A stretch of DNA of 64,000 bases, taken from positions 1,216,001 through 1,280,000 of the forward strand of contig OZ244732.1 of assembly GCA_965219345.1 (NCBI GenBank). The letters run 5' to 3'. Under the pieces are notes generated by a model, which did not search any database, was not told the origin of the DNA, and saw only the letters and a list, made by a program, of their open reading frames with translations. The stretch comes from Nitrosopumilus sp. GTDB taxonomy: Archaea; Thermoproteota; Nitrososphaeria; Nitrososphaerales; Nitrosopumilaceae. Shown piece by piece: positions 31,432 through 41,197 of this stretch. A program made the translations under genes and the position numbers. The stretch's first letter is position 1. Each line of letters opens with the position of its first letter.

Positions 31432-31688
31432 TCAATAATACTCCTCATGAATATAGCACCACTTCCAAATATTCCCTGGAATTGCTCTCATTACCGGATG
31501 CCCAGTATCTTGAAAGTGCTTTGTTGCATGTTTTCCAATGATGAATCACAGCAACCAACATGTCCACATGTTAAACACATTCCAAGTGCAGCTACTGGGA
31601 GATGTTCTTTTTCACACTCTTCACAGCTTTTTGTGTTTGGCGGAATCCCTTCCTTTTCTTGGGAGAAATGATCACATTCTTTTGGCAT
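31432..31688 (-). pseudogene. UBP-type zinc finger, 1-bp frameshift
   Basis: CEEC..MCLTCGHVGCCDSS then shifted frame GKHATKHFQDTGHPV..WKWCYIHE. Confidence 0.85.
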
Positions 31689-31778
31689 ATTGTTAGTTTT
31701 TGTAAAAAGTATATCAAGTGTATGATAATTTTGTGAATTTAGAAAAAATGTTTTATCTTGTTTTATTATGAATAATTA

Positions 31779-32420
31779 TTGGCAAAAATTGTAGTAATTG
31801 TTGGTTCCGTAAGATCTGAAAGACATGGAATTAAAGTTGCAAAATGGGTAGTTGGCAAACTAAAAGATAGAGGACACCAAGTTTCACTGGTAGATCCTGT
31901 GGAATTGGACTTGCTATTATTAGACAAAATGTACAAAGAGATGGACTCTCCTCCTGAAAAATTAAAGAACCTTCAAAAAATCACCAAAGAAGCTGATGGA
32001 TACATTCCAATAACCCCCGAATACAATCACAGTATTTCATCTGCAATGAAAAACACATTGGATTATTTCTTGGAAGAATATTTCTTCAAACCTTCAGCTA
32101 TCATCTCTTATTCTGTTGGCCCTTTTGGAGGTATTATTGCTGGAACTCATCTTTGACAGATATTGGCAGGGATGGGCTGGAAAACATGTGGTTTAGCGTA
32201 GGTACCAACAACTGGAACTCATCTTCGACAGATATTGGCAGAGATGGGAGCCTCTGTCATTCCATCACAACTCCCAATCTCTAAAGTTCATGAAACATTT
32301 GATGATGATGGCAATCTACTTGATGAAAACTATGAGCGAAGATTTTCAAGGTTTCTAGATGAGTTTGAATGGTATGTGTCAGCTCTGGCAAAACAAAGAG
32401 AATCTGGGACACCTTATTGA
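31779..32420 (+). pseudogene. NAD(P)H-dependent FMN reductase interrupted by 72-bp duplication+insert
   Basis: GSVR, TPEYNHS, KNTLD, YSVGPFGG; removing 32140-32211 restores ..AGTHLRQILAEMG.. Confidence 0.9.
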
Positions 32421-32849
32421 TTATACTAAATCATTGGTATTTGGAATTACTCTGAAGATTTTAACAGTATAATCCCCTTCAAAGACATTTACAAATTCTC
32501 CAGTGTTTGAATCAAGACTTCGTACTCTGAATTTGTATTCATAAGATCCATCTCCTTTTACATCAACTTGTGAAAAGTGAATAGGATCTTCACCCTTGTA
32601 CATTTGGATAATTACTGGATATCTTTCAACATAATCTGATGCTGCACCGACTACTGCTCCCCAAGGAAGTTTGTTGTCTTCAGGAATGCTCATTGCAGTG
32701 ACCGTCTCTTGCAAACTTATTTCCTCATTAATTGGAGTTACAGTAATGCTGTTTTGATTAGATTCTGCAGAAATATCTGCTGGGATCATCATTATGCCAA
32801 ATACTGTCATAATTGATGCCATCAAAACTAAACTTGATTTTATATTCAT
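32421..32849 (-). CDS. Exported hypothetical protein
   Basis: Signal peptide; DGSYEYKFRV..GDYTVKI. Confidence 0.75.
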   Translation of the reverse strand: MNIKSSLVLMASIMTVFGIMMIPADISAESNQNSITVTPINEEISLQETVTAMSIPEDNKLPWGAVVGAASDYVERYPVIIQMYKGEDPIHFSQVDVKGDGSYEYKFRVRSLDSNTGEFVNVFEGDYTVKIFRVIPNTNDLV

Positions 32850-33189
32850 CTATTCCTCCTTTTTCCAAGTCCTTTAAAAAATTTGTTACTAATTTGTTCC
32901 AACTTTGTAATTATGGCAATTCTTCTTCTAAATCACAACATGCCTTGTGAACCCATTTTTCATTAGAGTTTTTCAGAATTTCTTTGCCTACTTTGATTGC
33001 CTCACCACATTCTACACATTTTCCGTTAAATCTGGCCTTCATAGTTTTTCTATGATATTATCTAATTTTAACATCTCTTCTAAAAATTTCATAAATGTTA
33101 CAAAATCACCCAAAAAATATCAAGATTTTATCAAAAATAATATGTATATTCCCTTTTGAGTTAGTTGTAAAGAGAAATGATGATTATCA

Positions 33190-33510
33190 TTGCTAAGTGA
33201 AGAGGATCTAATTGCCCGAATTCTAAAAGTTAAAGATCTTAAAGAAAATTGCTTCAAATATCTTGAAGAAAGCTCAAAAGAATTAGGAGTCCCTGTTCCA
33301 ATTGGAGTTGATGCTGGAGGAGATGGCTTGATTCTAAATATTATCTCTGAATGGGAGCCTAGCAAAGTATATTGTGTAAAGTGTAACAGTCTCAAAGGTG
33401 TTAATGTAATGCCAAAGCAGTATTTTGTAACATGTCCTAGTTGCAGGTTTATCTTAGATCAAAAAGAGATAAAGAATAAATGTCCTCATTGTAGTTTTGA
33501 ATTAGTGTAA
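33190..33510 (+). CDS. Small Zn-ribbon protein
   Basis: Three CxxC pairs (CVKC, CPSC, CPHC). Confidence 0.65.
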   Translation: MLSEEDLIARILKVKDLKENCFKYLEESSKELGVPVPIGVDAGGDGLILNIISEWEPSKVYCVKCNSLKGVNVMPKQYFVTCPSCRFILDQKEIKNKCPHCSFELV

Positions 33511-33527
33511 TCCACTTGTTATCACCT

Positions 33528-34961
33528 TCAACTTTCACACCTGGCAGTCGTAGTTATGGTCTGTCTCAGCTGACCTGTAAAGTCTTGACTGATGTCACTA
33601 ATTTGAACTTGCAGATAGCCGGTAGCAAAATGTTGAACTGGAATACCGCTTACAAAATGAGCGTCAGTTGCAGACAGTACGAATCTATTCGCGTATGGAA
33701 CGTTCAAACTCTCAAACTCTGCTTGACCAGGGTTGAACGGGGTTATGGTTACCGACTCTCTATCCCCCTCGCTAGTAGAACCGTACCTTGTCTGCCCCAC
33801 ACCCATGATTGACTCATCACGACTGTTCATCCAGTCAGTTGCAGATATGTCCACATCAATCCACGCAGTGCCAGTATTACTAATTTGAAGTGGCTTTGCA
33901 ACCGAAGTATCGCCATATGCCAGAATGCCAAAGTCCAGATCACCTGATATTATGTCAGCTGAGCATACAGGAGCATCAGTAGCGCCAGAGGCATCCAGCG
34001 TGACGTCAATTGTTTTTGATGCAATCTCGTTTAGGGACCCTACGATAGTGCCGTTTGCAGCAACGGTACCGTAAGGCAGACTGGCAGTCGCATTGTATGA
34101 AAAAGAGTCATTACTAAACACGCCTCTGATGACATAATATTTGGTACCATTTTCCAAGGTTACGGGAGTTATGACTGATCCGTCATCTGTCGTCTCAGGA
34201 AGGTCAAGTCCGACTATTGCATTACTTACAGGGAGATCAAAGGAGGGAAATGGAACCGCGAAGTCGAAGAAGCCATCACCGGGAGGTTGCAAACCAATCA
34301 GGTCATCATCACGGTCAAGCACGACTACGCCGGAACTGTTGGAGGACTTTGTAAAGTCATCCCTGAACGTTACGGATGGCTTTTCACCTACCGTAATCTC
34401 CACGGGTATGGTCTTGGTTGCCCCGGTAGTAGTACAGGTCGCATTCCCGGCATTACCGGTATAGGTGAACTCTTTTATGACAATGTCAAACGTATCGATG
34501 CCCGTATATGTAGCACCGGGGATGTAGTCAAATTCGGCAAGCATTGTGGGGTCGTGGCCAAAGTCATCCGTAGCACAGGTTATGGCAGGTACCTGATTGC
34601 CAAGATCATGATAGTCGTATGGTAATATGGGATCTCCGGATGCCACAAGGCTGCCGCCCTCTTCAGTGGTCAGGGGGTCGGGAAACACGGCAATCCAGGG
34701 ATTGTCACTGCCGGGTTGTCTAAGGTTGATGGCATTATGATATGTGGGATGAACACGATCCTCTGTTACCAGGGACAGATCATGGGCAATCGTACCATAT
34801 CCGACATCGTATCTCAGTGTTGGAAGAATCTCCACGTCAGCATCATTGACTGACTGGCCATACGCATGGCCTGCAGTCACTGCTACTGCTACTACTACCA
34901 CTGTTATCGCTGCAGCCATCAGGATCGCCGCAACAATGCCGTCCCTCTTCTTTAGTGTCAC
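33528..34961 (-). CDS. Secreted beta-rich (Ig-like) surface protein, GC-richer than host
   Basis: Signal peptide; YTGIDTF and LDFG..SNTG Ig-like motifs. Confidence 0.7.
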   Translation of the reverse strand: MTLKKRDGIVAAILMAAAITVVVVAVAVTAGHAYGQSVNDADVEILPTLRYDVGYGTIAHDLSLVTEDRVHPTYHNAINLRQPGSDNPWIAVFPDPLTTEEGGSLVASGDPILPYDYHDLGNQVPAITCATDDFGHDPTMLAEFDYIPGATYTGIDTFDIVIKEFTYTGNAGNATCTTTGATKTIPVEITVGEKPSVTFRDDFTKSSNSSGVVVLDRDDDLIGLQPPGDGFFDFAVPFPSFDLPVSNAIVGLDLPETTDDGSVITPVTLENGTKYYVIRGVFSNDSFSYNATASLPYGTVAANGTIVGSLNEIASKTIDVTLDASGATDAPVCSADIISGDLDFGILAYGDTSVAKPLQISNTGTAWIDVDISATDWMNSRDESIMGVGQTRYGSTSEGDRESVTITPFNPGQAEFESLNVPYANRFVLSATDAHFVSGIPVQHFATGYLQVQISDISQDFTGQLRQTITTTARCES

Positions 34962-34972
34962 TGACTGTATAC

Positions 34973-34987
34973 GGGGGGGGGGGGGGG
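34973..34987. promoter_or_regulatory. G15/C15 tract between TATA-like box and start codon
   Basis: Minus strand TTATTTA-C15-GTATACAGTCA-GTG. Confidence 0.7.
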
Positions 34988-35009
34988 TAAATAACCATAT
35001 CGATCAAGG

Positions 35010-35208
35010 GGAACTGGTAACTTAACGGGAGTTAATTCTTGATGGCAAGTTTCGGGAGCTGGTGTTCTGTATTATTGTATTCCACTTGTTATCCTATCAT
35101 CCTCATTACCGCAATTTGCAGTCCACGATTCTGTATTATTGTATTCCACTTGTTATCCCCCATCATGCGGATTCCTGCCCTGTCTGCCGGTGTGTCTCCA
35201 TCAAGACC
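35010..35208 (-). mobile_element. Relic end of an IS6-like element (transposase tail + TIR-like end)
   Basis: Encodes GLDGDTPADRAGIRMMGDNKWNTIIQN; GGAACTGGTAACTTAACGG matches 13/19 of element-2 TIR. Confidence 0.75.
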
Positions 35209-35440
35209 GTACTAGTAGACATGACGGGTTCATTATTTGATCTATCTTGGGAAAAAGGAGAGACACTATATTGAACACTGTCTTAGCTCTCGAAAGCCTA
35301 TATGATAAAGTCTCTTTTGTGACTCATCATTCCTATGATAAAGGCCGTGAACATCTCAATGACCTTGAGATTGAACACCTAATCAAAATGACAAATGATG
35401 TCGTCATGAAAATCAAACAGCAAACAAAGTAGATGTCAAT

Positions 35441-35605
35441 ATGAACATATGCGTTGAGGGTCACAAGACACGATTTCAGATCACATACAAGTCTGCTAAA
35501 GGCAGAACTTACAAACCAGTATGGTTAATATGCGACATATGTATGCAGAATAAAAAGTGCTTTGGTTCTGAAGATGAAATAGAATCAATTGAGATAATGG
35601 TATGA
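35441..35605 (+). CDS. Small Cys-containing protein (54 aa)
   Basis: MNICVEGH..WLICDIC..; ATGA-coupled to next ORF. Confidence 0.55.
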   Translation: MNICVEGHKTRFQITYKSAKGRTYKPVWLICDICMQNKKCFGSEDEIESIEIMV

Positions 35606-35754
35606 AAATTTGTCAAGTATGCACTAAATCATTTGCATTTGGGCGAAATGGTTGCTGTTCAATTGATTGCTATTTACAGGAATTACAAACAAAATTAAAT
35701 GAATGCTTTAGAAACGATACCAGTCATACCGAACTTTTGACAAAATTAGTTTGA
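35602..35754 (+). CDS. Small Zn-finger protein (50 aa)
   Basis: MKICQVC..CCSIDC. Confidence 0.55.
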   Translation: MKICQVCTKSFAFGRNGCCSIDCYLQELQTKLNECFRNDTSHTELLTKLV

Positions 35755-35948
35755 TTTTAATTAAAACAAGATAATGGATCGGATGGGGTTTGTGTTCACT
35801 GTGAGCGCGGATACCTTTTTGATTGTTCTACAAAATTAGACGACAGAAAGCGATTGGAACGCTTAGAATATTCCTACTCTTTTTTTGTTTTCATCTGTAT
35901 CTGATAATATCTTTCAATATTTTAAAAAATATTTTTGCAAGTTAGAAA

Positions 35949-37079
35949 TCATTTTATCTTTTCAATTATGGGTAAATTAGTAATGGCCATCTTGAGATCA
36001 GGTTCATCAGATTCTGGCCAATTCCAACATCCTTGAATTCTAAGTAATACATTATTGACATCAGTACTTGTAATTTCAATATCTCTAACGTCTATATCAT
36101 ATTCATCACCAAATTGAGAGATTTCATTTATTAGCATATCTTTTAACACTTCTTCATTGATATCTGATGTTAAAATGGCATCCCAATTAGTATGGCAACC
36201 CAGATCATTTTGACGAAATTGAATTGCCCATTCTCGTTCAATTAATTTTGATTTTGTATCTGAACTAACACATGCTATGCGGTTACTTTCAGAATCGTGA
36301 GATTGTTTTAGAATAATATGCAAGTCTGATTTGCAGCGAATAGATTCCTGAAGTATACCAAATTTAGATTATTTGAGAGGGGGAAATGTTTCAGTGACAT
36401 CAGTTAGTTTTCCAATTGTAACTAAAGGATCTTCAGTTATTGCATTCCCTTGTTTGGTTACTGCAAAAGGCCAACTTACATGTATTACACATGATTCATC
36501 TTGAGTCCAAGGTGAATTATTGGATTTAAACAAAATTGCATTAAAATTATAATTACCAGGTCCCAAGGCATTGAAACCAAAAGTCACATCTTTGGTACTG
36601 TTTTTGAAAAATTTTTGGTAATCATATTCAGATGAATTTAATCCAGAAGATGTGGTTTCTGTCAAAACTGCCAAATTTTCATAACCAGTAAATAATCCGC
36701 CATGTATTGTGCCGTCTTGATTTTTCAAGTCAATAAGATATGAAGGGTCTCCAAAACTCGAAGGTAATTCCATTTGCAAATATTCGTATAAAACATCATT
36801 ATGATTTCCAATCACTGCAAAGTAATTGTGTTGAAATCCATCCAAGTCAAGAAGAGAATGATTAGTAGAATTTACCAATTTCACGGAATAATTTGTAAAG
36901 AGAAACATGCACTAATCACTAGATACATCAGTATATTCTAAAATTCCACGTGCAGAAGAATACATGTTATCTGGTAATCGTTTTTCATGTTCTTCACTTG
37001 GAAATCCATATGATTCAGAAGCCATAAACAAAATTCCAGAAAAACCAGTCATAATCAGAAAAATTACAAAATATTTCAT
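35949..37079 (-). pseudogene. Exported protein broken by two in-frame stops
   Basis: Single frame from MKYFVIFL (37079); TAG at 36912 and TAA at 36369 inside the PPLK*..C..ACV..KLIERE W-type motif. Confidence 0.75.
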
Positions 37080-37217
37080 GATACACCTATCGAGAGAATA
37101 TGACTGTCATAAAGTGTTCTAATCTTTTGTATTGATTCTATGATGTTTGAACTTATTTTGTACAATGATGAGAATGGTACTAGGCTGATCTTGCTAAATC
37201 TGATGAAAGTTTGGTTT

Positions 37218-37778
37218 TCATTTTCTTTTTCTCAAAAAATAAAACATAATTCCAGTTACCATTATGCCTCCAATGACAACTGGGATTAACTCATATGCAG
37301 TATTGGTAAATGCAATGGGTTTGGTAATAGAATTTCCTTCAACAATGATTGTTTGTCCTGGACCAAATTCTGGACCTATTTTATCTATATTAAATTGAGT
37401 ATGCATGTGATATGTTCCTGCTTCAAGAGCTTTTGCAGATAGTGAATATTCAATCACGGAGTTTCCTGGAATATTAAAAACTACATCTAGCGGTTCTCTT
37501 GCTAACATTTCCCATCTGTTACTTGTATCTGATGACTCCGAAAAAAATGACAGCCATCCTCTAATTTCTTGGTTATTAGAATTAATCAAAACTCCTCTTA
37601 CAGTCAAGGTTTCACCTGTTTGCAAAAATTGTTGGCCAAAGGTTTCATCGCCGATTGTAATTATGGGTGGAGTGAGAGTGGATTTTATACTATGCATCTC
37701 TGCACTTGGAATGGCAAAATCAATACCCTGAAATCCTAAAACTCCCAGTACAAAGATTATGACAAATACCGTTTTCAT
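37218..37778 (-). CDS. amoB: Divergent archaeal ammonia monooxygenase subunit B paralogue
   Basis: DETF..LQTGETLT, RGW, SES..NRWEML, IPGNSV, LSAKALEAG.YHMHTQ, GPGQT..VEG, KPI..TN.AY match archaeal AmoB as I recall it; termini differ. Confidence 0.85.
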   Translation of the reverse strand: MKTVFVIIFVLGVLGFQGIDFAIPSAEMHSIKSTLTPPIITIGDETFGQQFLQTGETLTVRGVLINSNNQEIRGWLSFFSESSDTSNRWEMLAREPLDVVFNIPGNSVIEYSLSAKALEAGTYHMHTQFNIDKIGPEFGPGQTIIVEGNSITKPIAFTNTAYELIPVVIGGIMVTGIMFYFLRKRK

Positions 37779-37795
37779 TTTTCAACACTCATTTG

Positions 37796-39145
37796 CTAAT
37801 TACTTGCATGTTTAATGATTGGAATGTTGAATGTCCATGGTCCTTCTGCAATCACAATCTTTGGAACCGGCTGATTTTCTATCGGGGTCATATGTGGTGG
37901 TTTTGTCGGAGGTAATGCATCCATTATTGCTCTATCTTGCCTTATCCATTGCACTTCTTCAATGGTGAGAGTAATTTTTTTTGCATTAGAATCTAAAGTT
38001 GGTGAAAAAATATGATGCCAAGAAGAATCTGAGATAATTTCTCTTGTTGCGGGATCTGGTCCGCTTGAACTCCCACCACCTTCACTTTCATTTGTACTGA
38101 CATAGTGATTTCCTAAATCATCTTCCAATGTAATACGTAATATTGGGTGACTATTGTGCATCCTTCCATGCATACGGCGCATTTTATGTATATCCGTAAA
38201 ATCAGATTCTGGAATTTTTATGCGTTGGTGAGAATACCAAATCAACCTCATCATGTTTGAGTAAACTTCCAATGATGGTATTGTAAACTCTGTATCTCCT
38301 ACAAAGAGTTGTTTTGATATGGAAACAACATTGACAAGTTTTTTTGGTGGAAGTCCAAAGGAATCAGCAAAGATCTTTACCAAATCCGCTTCTTTAAACT
38401 CAAATTTTGTATTTTCAGTGATAGTCCAAAAAGGTTTTCCTTCAGGTTTCACATCAAGTATTGCGGACTGAAATGAATTTGGAAATGGGGGAGTATGTGG
38501 ACGGGAACGTTTTTGCATATCATTCTCCATGTTTGGATGTTCTTGATTCTCTTTGTTCTGTAATTCATTCTGCTTTTTTTCATGCCATTCCTTTTGGAAA
38601 GGAATGTTGATTCGGTCATTCTTAGTTACTATAAAACCTATGATTTCAGAATAATCCAGATTTGATTGGTATCCAGACATCATTTTTTCAACTATATTCA
38701 TGGTAGCCAGCGTAACAAGTTCTGCCTCTGTAATATTTTCTGATCTTATCTGTGATTCTGGAAACTTGCTAAGCTTGATTGTTTGCTGCCATTCCCGTGA
38801 AACATCTACATTGCATGAAACTGGTCCATAAATGATGATTTTTGGATGAGGATGTATCTTTTTTCCAGGGTTGTTCAAAAATTCTACTTCCATTTTGTGT
38901 GCAACTATTTCCTGTAAATCTAAATTAGACATGGGCAAACATATTGCAGCAGTATTTTTGGTGATACCGCTTATCTTGACTATGTCTCCTTCTTGTATTC
39001 CAATTTTTTGCATGTATTTTGGTTCTATTTTTACAATTGTTTTACATTGATGTGGATCATTATTTTTTTCAAATCTATCCCTTCTTTTATGCACCACACT
39101 AAATTCAACTGAATTATCATCATTCTCAGTCATTGCGGTGTCCAC
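37796..39145 (-). CDS. Protein with CDC48 N-terminal-like domain, no ATPase domain
   Basis: MQKIGIQEGDIVKISG..TAA; no Walker motifs; C-terminal LEDDLGNHY..GGG..GPWTFNIP. Confidence 0.55.
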   Translation of the reverse strand: MDTAMTENDDNSVEFSVVHKRRDRFEKNNDPHQCKTIVKIEPKYMQKIGIQEGDIVKISGITKNTAAICLPMSNLDLQEIVAHKMEVEFLNNPGKKIHPHPKIIIYGPVSCNVDVSREWQQTIKLSKFPESQIRSENITEAELVTLATMNIVEKMMSGYQSNLDYSEIIGFIVTKNDRINIPFQKEWHEKKQNELQNKENQEHPNMENDMQKRSRPHTPPFPNSFQSAILDVKPEGKPFWTITENTKFEFKEADLVKIFADSFGLPPKKLVNVVSISKQLFVGDTEFTIPSLEVYSNMMRLIWYSHQRIKIPESDFTDIHKMRRMHGRMHNSHPILRITLEDDLGNHYVSTNESEGGGSSSGPDPATREIISDSSWHHIFSPTLDSNAKKITLTIEEVQWIRQDRAIMDALPPTKPPHMTPIENQPVPKIVIAEGPWTFNIPIIKHASN

Positions 39146-39265
39146 AAGTTGATTTATCTAGGACATTCATAAAGTGTTTGCATCTTTTATTCTTTTGAGA
39201 ATGAAGTCATGGATTTGGAATTATTGTATATGCAGTATTGTTGTTGGTACACGGATTATTGATTT

Positions 39266-39823
39266 TCATGGATATTGATCCTCAAGACAATCATAATTTT
39301 TTAAATAATCTAAAATATTTTCAGACACACTATAATTCCCAACTTCACAATAAATAGTCATTTCATGTTCAGAATAATCAAAACCATGACGTATGTTTAA
39401 TGTAATCACGTTATTGTTTGTAAAAGTGTGCATATATCGTATGTATTCTTCATTTGGACTGTAAATTTCGACATCCTCGTATCTATCATAAAATGCAATA
39501 ACTTCAGGATAACCTTCAAATTCATTATTGTAAATATAACTTAAAATGTTAACACGCCAAGTATCCCACTGAACTGCAATTATTTCTGCACCTATTACTG
39601 CAATTATTATTATTATGATCATTTTGATGTTTTTTCTATACTTGATTAACCCAATGATACCGCCAACGCAAATCATGCCCATTCCAAAATGATACCATAG
39701 AAATCCATATTTGTCATATGCTCCTATAACCAACCAAAACATTGTTGCAGAAAACAACCCCATGAGTACTTGGAAAAAAATTGTCAACAAAGATAACTGT
39801 GATAATTTGTATTTAGTTTTCAT
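39266..39823 (-). CDS. Membrane protein
   Basis: Three TM helices; ATGA-coupled. Confidence 0.7.
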   Translation of the reverse strand: MKTKYKLSQLSLLTIFFQVLMGLFSATMFWLVIGAYDKYGFLWYHFGMGMICVGGIIGLIKYRKNIKMIIIIIIAVIGAEIIAVQWDTWRVNILSYIYNNEFEGYPEVIAFYDRYEDVEIYSPNEEYIRYMHTFTNNNVITLNIRHGFDYSEHEMTIYCEVGNYSVSENILDYLKNYDCLEDQYP

Positions 39824-40254
39824 TTCTTTATCAATTTCCTAATAATTGAGGATCTGCACAATAGTATTCCACCAATGGATAATTCAACAATCGGTATTAT
39901 TAACGATATGACTAACTGATCTAAAATGTATGGTTGACTATGATCAATTACAGGTGATGTTGTTATCCAAGATTGTAGAAATGAAATTAGGCTGGCGATG
40001 CCAAAATATACCAATGATCCTGCTATTGCCAAAATAAAATACGGTCTTCTAGGAATGTTTTTTCTCTTTAGAATAAGATAAAGAATTGGAAATAATAATA
40101 ATACTGCAACACCCAATGAATAGCCTACAGATATTACAGCACCAATAATGCGGAATGCTTGTTGTTCTATGTTTTCTGGTGAGTCGTTCCATCCATAAAT
40201 CCAGGGAATCTGTACAAGAAAGAATACAATAATTACCAAAAGTCCAATTTTCAT
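39820..40254 (-). CDS. Membrane protein flanked by 27-bp direct repeats
   Basis: Four hydrophobic segments; TTTTCATTTCTTTATCAATTTCCTAAT at 39817 and 40248. Confidence 0.7.
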   Translation of the reverse strand: MKIGLLVIIVFFLVQIPWIYGWNDSPENIEQQAFRIIGAVISVGYSLGVAVLLLFPILYLILKRKNIPRRPYFILAIAGSLVYFGIASLISFLQSWITTSPVIDHSQPYILDQLVISLIIPIVELSIGGILLCRSSIIRKLIKK

Positions 40255-40272
40255 TTCTTTATCAATTTCCTA

Positions 40273-40662
40273 ATGACTGATGATCTGTATAATAAAAACC
40301 CTGCACCTGTTATTGTTACTTACGACATAACAGTTGAGAATGGAGACGGTAGTGGAAAATATGAAGAAGGATCTGAAGTTACCCTAAGTGCACAAGATAT
40401 TTTAGATGATATGTTTGTGTTCAAAAAGAAACTGGCAGGATGGGAGAATCTACCATATACTACACCAATAGTCACATTTGAGACAGATGATGATATAATA
40501 ACTAAACCCATCTACAAAAATGATTACACCATATTACTTGTAATCATTGGAGCTGGTGCTGGCAGAGGCGGCTTTGTATTTTTGAGAACATGGAGGAAGA
40601 AAAATACACCAAAAAAAACAGATGAATTTTCTGATTATGATGAATTAGAAGATGACTTGTGA
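40273..40662 (+). pseudogene. C-terminal fragment homologous to 54735-57575
   Basis: GDGSGKYEEGSEVTLSA..GWE..YKNDYT vs GQGSGVYKIGDTVKISA..HWE..YREDYT. Confidence 0.75.
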
Positions 40663-40822
40663 TGTAGCAAAGCATGGTAAAGTAATCCCATCATTGATGG
40701 TTTTCAACATTTAGCTACTACAAAAGTAAAAGGTATTCAGATAAAGACTATTAACAAATCCTAATGTGTCCATACTTTACAAAGACTGAATCCTTGTCGA
40801 ATTAAATCCCAAGGTATGATGT

Positions 40823-40990
40823 ATGATAATTGATATTCCAATATCGCGTCCAAAATGTGGAGGTAAGATGTACTCTGAAAGATATGATCCTGTTCTAAAT
40901 ATTTTGAAAGACAGAAGCTGGCAAGTATGTAAAGAATGTAGTTTTCAAAGAGATACAGAAGATTTTAAGAAAGATCTTTTCACTGTCTAA
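40823..40990 (+). CDS. Small Zn-ribbon protein (first Cys apparently lost)
   Basis: RPKCGGKM..WQVCKECSF. Confidence 0.5.
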   Translation: MIIDIPISRPKCGGKMYSERYDPVLNILKDRSWQVCKECSFQRDTEDFKKDLFTV

Positions 40991-41197
40991 AAATGTCATT
41001 CATAATATTGTGTGACCTCTCCATGAGAGTAATGACGTCAGGAGGAACACCGAAGGCGTTATGACTGAGAGAGGGATCATTTTATTTCAATATGTGGTAT
41101 TCATCTCATTTTTGTCATCGCATTATGAAAGATTGTCACTTCATCTTCAATAACTGCTTGAACTAGTCTTCAACAACAAGTTACAGGTGACTGTTTT

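Noticed and set aside
35065-35158. True CRISPR array (also 32140-32248 and 49409-49506)
   Set aside because: Only two repeats each, the repeats are unrelated coding sequence, and there is no leader or cas gene. Reported as lesions instead.
35949-37079. Stop-codon readthrough or recoding
   Set aside because: Two different stops (TAG, TAA), no suppressor tRNA, and many pseudogenes nearby; simple decay is likelier.
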